DNA of 63,793 bases, filler included, from Dimorphilus gyrociliatus (taxonomy: Eukaryota; Animalia; Annelida), in assembly GCA_904063045.1 (NCBI GenBank). It is 4 parts of 4 records of this genome, joined end to end, with 100 filler letters (N's around TTAATTAATTAA, not from the genome) between each part and the next. Parts side by side here need not be neighbours in the genome. Positions count along the whole stretch, not along the records: positions 52,041 to 63,793 come from CAJFCJ010000228.1; 3 more parts are not named here. The stretch is one strand, 5' to 3'. This document shows, piece after piece, positions 61,190-63,793 of the stretch. Within the stretch, counting starts at the first letter, position 1, and each line of letters starts with the position of its first letter. Made by a program: the position numbers and the translations under genes. The notes beneath the pieces were generated by a model. It searched no databases. It was not told where the DNA came from and was given only the letters and a program-made list of their open reading frames with translations.

Positions 61190-61350
61190 ACTTTTTACTA
61201 GAATTGATTTTTTTTATGTTTTTTAATATTTTTTACTAGAATTGATTTTTTAATATTTTTTAATACTTTTTACTAGAGTTGATTTTTTTTATGTTTTTTA
61301 ATACTTTTTACTAGAATTGATTTTTTAATATTTTTTAATATTTTTTAATA
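61190..61350. repeat. AT-rich ~35-40-bp tandem repeat upstream of the Utp11-like gene
   Basis: TACTTTTTACTAGAATTGATTTTTT repeated four times with poly-T/A spacers. Confidence 0.75.
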
Positions 61351-61385
61351 TTTTAATTTTTTAATGTGTTTTCTTAAAACCGCCC

Positions 61386-61824
61386 ATGAAAGTTATAAAA
61401 AAAAAATATGAAAAAGAAATACAAAAAACACAGAATCAAAAGATGAAGCTCTTGAGAGATTAAAAAAATACAAAGAAAATAAAAAAAAGTTGAAAGAATT
61501 GAAATCAGAAGTTTATTTTCAAACAGGAAATGAATTTTCATTTAAAATGGTATCTTGTAAAAATGTCAATGGAAGAATAATTTCTACTAAAAAAATTAAC
61601 ATTGATAAATTAAATAAGGAATTAAAAAGTATAGAATATGAATTAAGTAAAATTAGAAAAAAAATCAAAAAAGAAAATTTTAGAACAAAATTAAATTTGA
61701 TTCAAATGGAAGAAAAAAAGAATATAAAATTGAAATTGAAACAGATAAAAAAATTAAACAAAAATACGAAGAATTGTTAAAAATAAAAGATAGAATTCAA
61801 AGATATATTGAAAAACAACAATAA
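61386..61824 (+). CDS. UTP11: Utp11-like SSU processome protein; two apparent homopolymer frameshifts
   Basis: ERLKKYKENKKKLKELK....TGNEFSFKMVSCKNVNG resembles Utp11 R..dy..K...Lk.L....NPDEFYFkM..k..dG; CCC directly before ATG 61386. Confidence 0.6.
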
Positions 61825-62436
61825 ATTATTATTTTGTATAAAATTATCTTATCTAATAAATTCTTATACTTCCTAGAATTTTATATTTAATAAAAATTTA
61901 AGTCTTTCTCAATTCTTTAACAATAATTATAATTCAATAAAAATTTCAGTAGCTTTAATTTTTATTATACGATTTCTAAAGCTATTTTAACAATTACTGA
62001 TAATATTTTTTAAATTCTATTTAAATTGTTTATTATTATTCTTTTGTATTTATATATATAATTGTATATTCTTATTTTTATAATAATCTATATTATATAA
62101 TTTATTTATTTAGTAATTTTTTTATATAAAACGAATTACAAAAATATAAGTTTAAAATAATTTAATTAACACATGTCTTTACAAATTAACTATACTATTA
62201 CCTCTACAATATAGGTGTATTTTATACAGCATATTTAATCTTTATAGAATATTATTTGTATTTTTCATATATAGTTAATTACTAAATAACCTATTTTTAG
62301 TTTCTTTAATAGTTACTACATATTAAAAATATCTGTTTTTTGATTTTCTGTTACTATCAAATATTAGTTGATACAATTGAAAAAATTATTTAAAGCTTAA
62401 TTCATACTTGCTATGAAATAATTAATATTTTGATAT

Positions 62437-62520
62437 TATAGAAAAATTTATTACCTCCTTGATGTATATTTTATTTACCAAATCAAGTATAATAAATTTC
62501 TTATATTTAAAATAAAAATA
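62437..62520. repeat. 84-bp unit duplicated in tandem; the second copy is split by Merlin 2
   Basis: TATAGAAAAATTTATTACCTCCTTGATGTATATTTTATTT.. recurs as 62521-62532 plus 63647 onward. Confidence 0.9.
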
Positions 62521-62532
62521 TATAGAAAAATT

Positions 62533-63638
62533 GGGGCTGGTTTGAAATTCTGCCTACCCATAAGGTAGTACCCTTGTGTACTTTTCGACCTAAGGTAGGT
62601 ACCTATGTACCTACCTATGTTTTAAATTTTTTTTTTAAAAAATTATTTATTAAAAATTATTTATTAAAAAATTTCTTACATATTTCAATAAAAATAGAAT
62701 TAAATTCCTCATTTGTTGCATTAAATAAATATCTTTTTTTGAAAGTGTAAGTCTTTATCCAATGTTCTAGATTACTTCTCATAACTCCATTTTCATTCCT
62801 AAGACATCTTTTTAAGTTTGACCAAAGAGCCTCAATGTTGTTCGTGTGTACTCCATCAATAGACTTAAATCCATTGTCATGATCAACCTTCTGGTGTATA
62901 AGCCCCAAGTTTCTAGCAACACCAGGATAAGATGGATGACCATCACTTCTTAATATACTTCCTACCCTTATCTTTCCTTCTAAAATGCTCGAAAGTGTAT
63001 TGATTTTCCTATTTGGAATATTACATAGTATAAAATTTTGATGGCCAGATTCTTCCATGGCTCCTATTACCCAAACAGTGTCCTTTATATCATCAGGAGT
63101 ACTTGTTGGTAGTAAAATCTTTTTCTTTCTACATATACATGTCTCATCTATTTGAACAATAACACCAGGTCCACCAATAGCTTTAGGATACTGTTCAAGG
63201 TGATTGTGATATACACCTTCTAGGGCTTTTTTGATAGCCCAAACAGTACTTTTAGAAACATCATATTCCCTTTGTACATCTCTATATGTAGATGACGACA
63301 TAAGGCGATATAATATTCGAAGCATCTTACTAAAGTCAATATTAAAAGATATTAAACCTTTTCTTTTTTGACAACCTTTCTTTTTACATCTAAAGATTAA
63401 TTTTGTACCAGTAACAGAAGAAACTGGGATAAGCTTCATATCATTACCACATATGCAATCTTTAGAGATCGACAAAATATGATTATCAACAAAAAAGTCA
63501 ATTAGTTCACTATTATTTCTAAAATATAAATCATCCATATTAAAATTATTCATTAAGGGGCAATAAAATAAAAATAAAAAAGTGCTTTGGTTTGAAATTC
63601 TGCCTACCCTAAGGTAGGCAGAATTTCAAACCAGCCCC
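62533..63638 (-). mobile_element. Merlin DNA transposon, 1106 bp, complete with 8-bp TSD
   Basis: 26-bp perfect TIRs GGGGCTGGTTTGAAATTCTGCCTACC; TSD GAAAAATT at 62525-62532 and 63639-63646. Confidence 0.96.
62657..63553 (-). CDS. Merlin/ISXO2-type DDE transposase, 298 aa
   Basis: IGGPGVIVQIDET; VWVIG; LRSDGHPSY; HQKVDH; VHTNNIEALW; CCCC motif 3 nt before the ATG. Confidence 0.95.
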   Translation of the reverse strand: MNNFNMDDLYFRNNSELIDFFVDNHILSISKDCICGNDMKLIPVSSVTGTKLIFRCKKKGCQKRKGLISFNIDFSKMLRILYRLMSSSTYRDVQREYDVSKSTVWAIKKALEGVYHNHLEQYPKAIGGPGVIVQIDETCICRKKKILLPTSTPDDIKDTVWVIGAMEESGHQNFILCNIPNRKINTLSSILEGKIRVGSILRSDGHPSYPGVARNLGLIHQKVDHDNGFKSIDGVHTNNIEALWSNLKRCLRNENGVMRSNLEHWIKTYTFKKRYLFNATNEEFNSIFIEICKKFFNK

Positions 63639-63793
63639 GAAAAATTTATTACCTCCTTGATGTATATTTTATTTCCAAATCAAGTATAATAAATTTCTTT
63701 ATATTTAATTAAAAATAGATCATATTTTATAAAGATAATTTGAATAATTTTTATTTATAAAATATTTGAATTATTGAGCTATAAGCGTATTTT

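Noticed and set aside
59305-61350. Short repeated units that might be a CRISPR-like array
   Set aside because: Units are contiguous AT-rich tandem repeats with no unique spacers, and there are no cas genes.
55721-63638. Two Merlin elements bracketing four genes as a composite transposon carrying a chitinase
   Set aside because: The elements have unrelated TIRs and divergent transposases, and Merlin 2 has its own TSD and empty-site copy, so it inserted alone.
1-63793. tRNA, rRNA or prokaryotic defence genes
   Set aside because: None recognised by eye; tRNAscan-SE or Infernal would be needed to exclude small RNAs.

Overview
This is eukaryotic DNA, not a prokaryotic locus. It is four separate contigs joined by artificial 100-bp spacers (44 N + TTAATTAATTAA + 44 N at 10359-10458, 21043-21142 and 51941-52040), so nothing can be inferred from adjacency across those joins. 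Contigs 1-3 (1-51940) share repeat and gene families and look like one AT-rich invertebrate with very short introns (about 50-70 nt where I could delimit them). They carry an intronless GC-rich SUSD2/mesh-like gene, three tandem NRF-6 acyltransferases, a GRL101-like LDLa/LRR receptor and a deleted paralog of it, and two discoidin-like/FaMeT-domain paralogs. They also carry an intronless RING-B-box-LRR gene, a bacterial-looking GNAT with three introns, and Tc1, mariner, MULE, MITE and BEL/Pao elements. Contig 4 (52041-63793) looks like a different organism, most plausibly a microsporidian: dense intronless genes, CCC/GGG motifs just before start codons, a GH19 chitinase, centrosomin-motif and Utp11-like genes, two intact Merlin (IS1016/IS1595-like) transposons and an unassigned 987-aa ORF. 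I cannot establish a new biological system from sequence alone. The best leads are the probable microsporidian co-biont contig, its 987-aa ORF, the TRIM-LRR receptor, the GNAT and the SUSD2-like gene. All family assignments come from motif recognition by eye, with no database searches.
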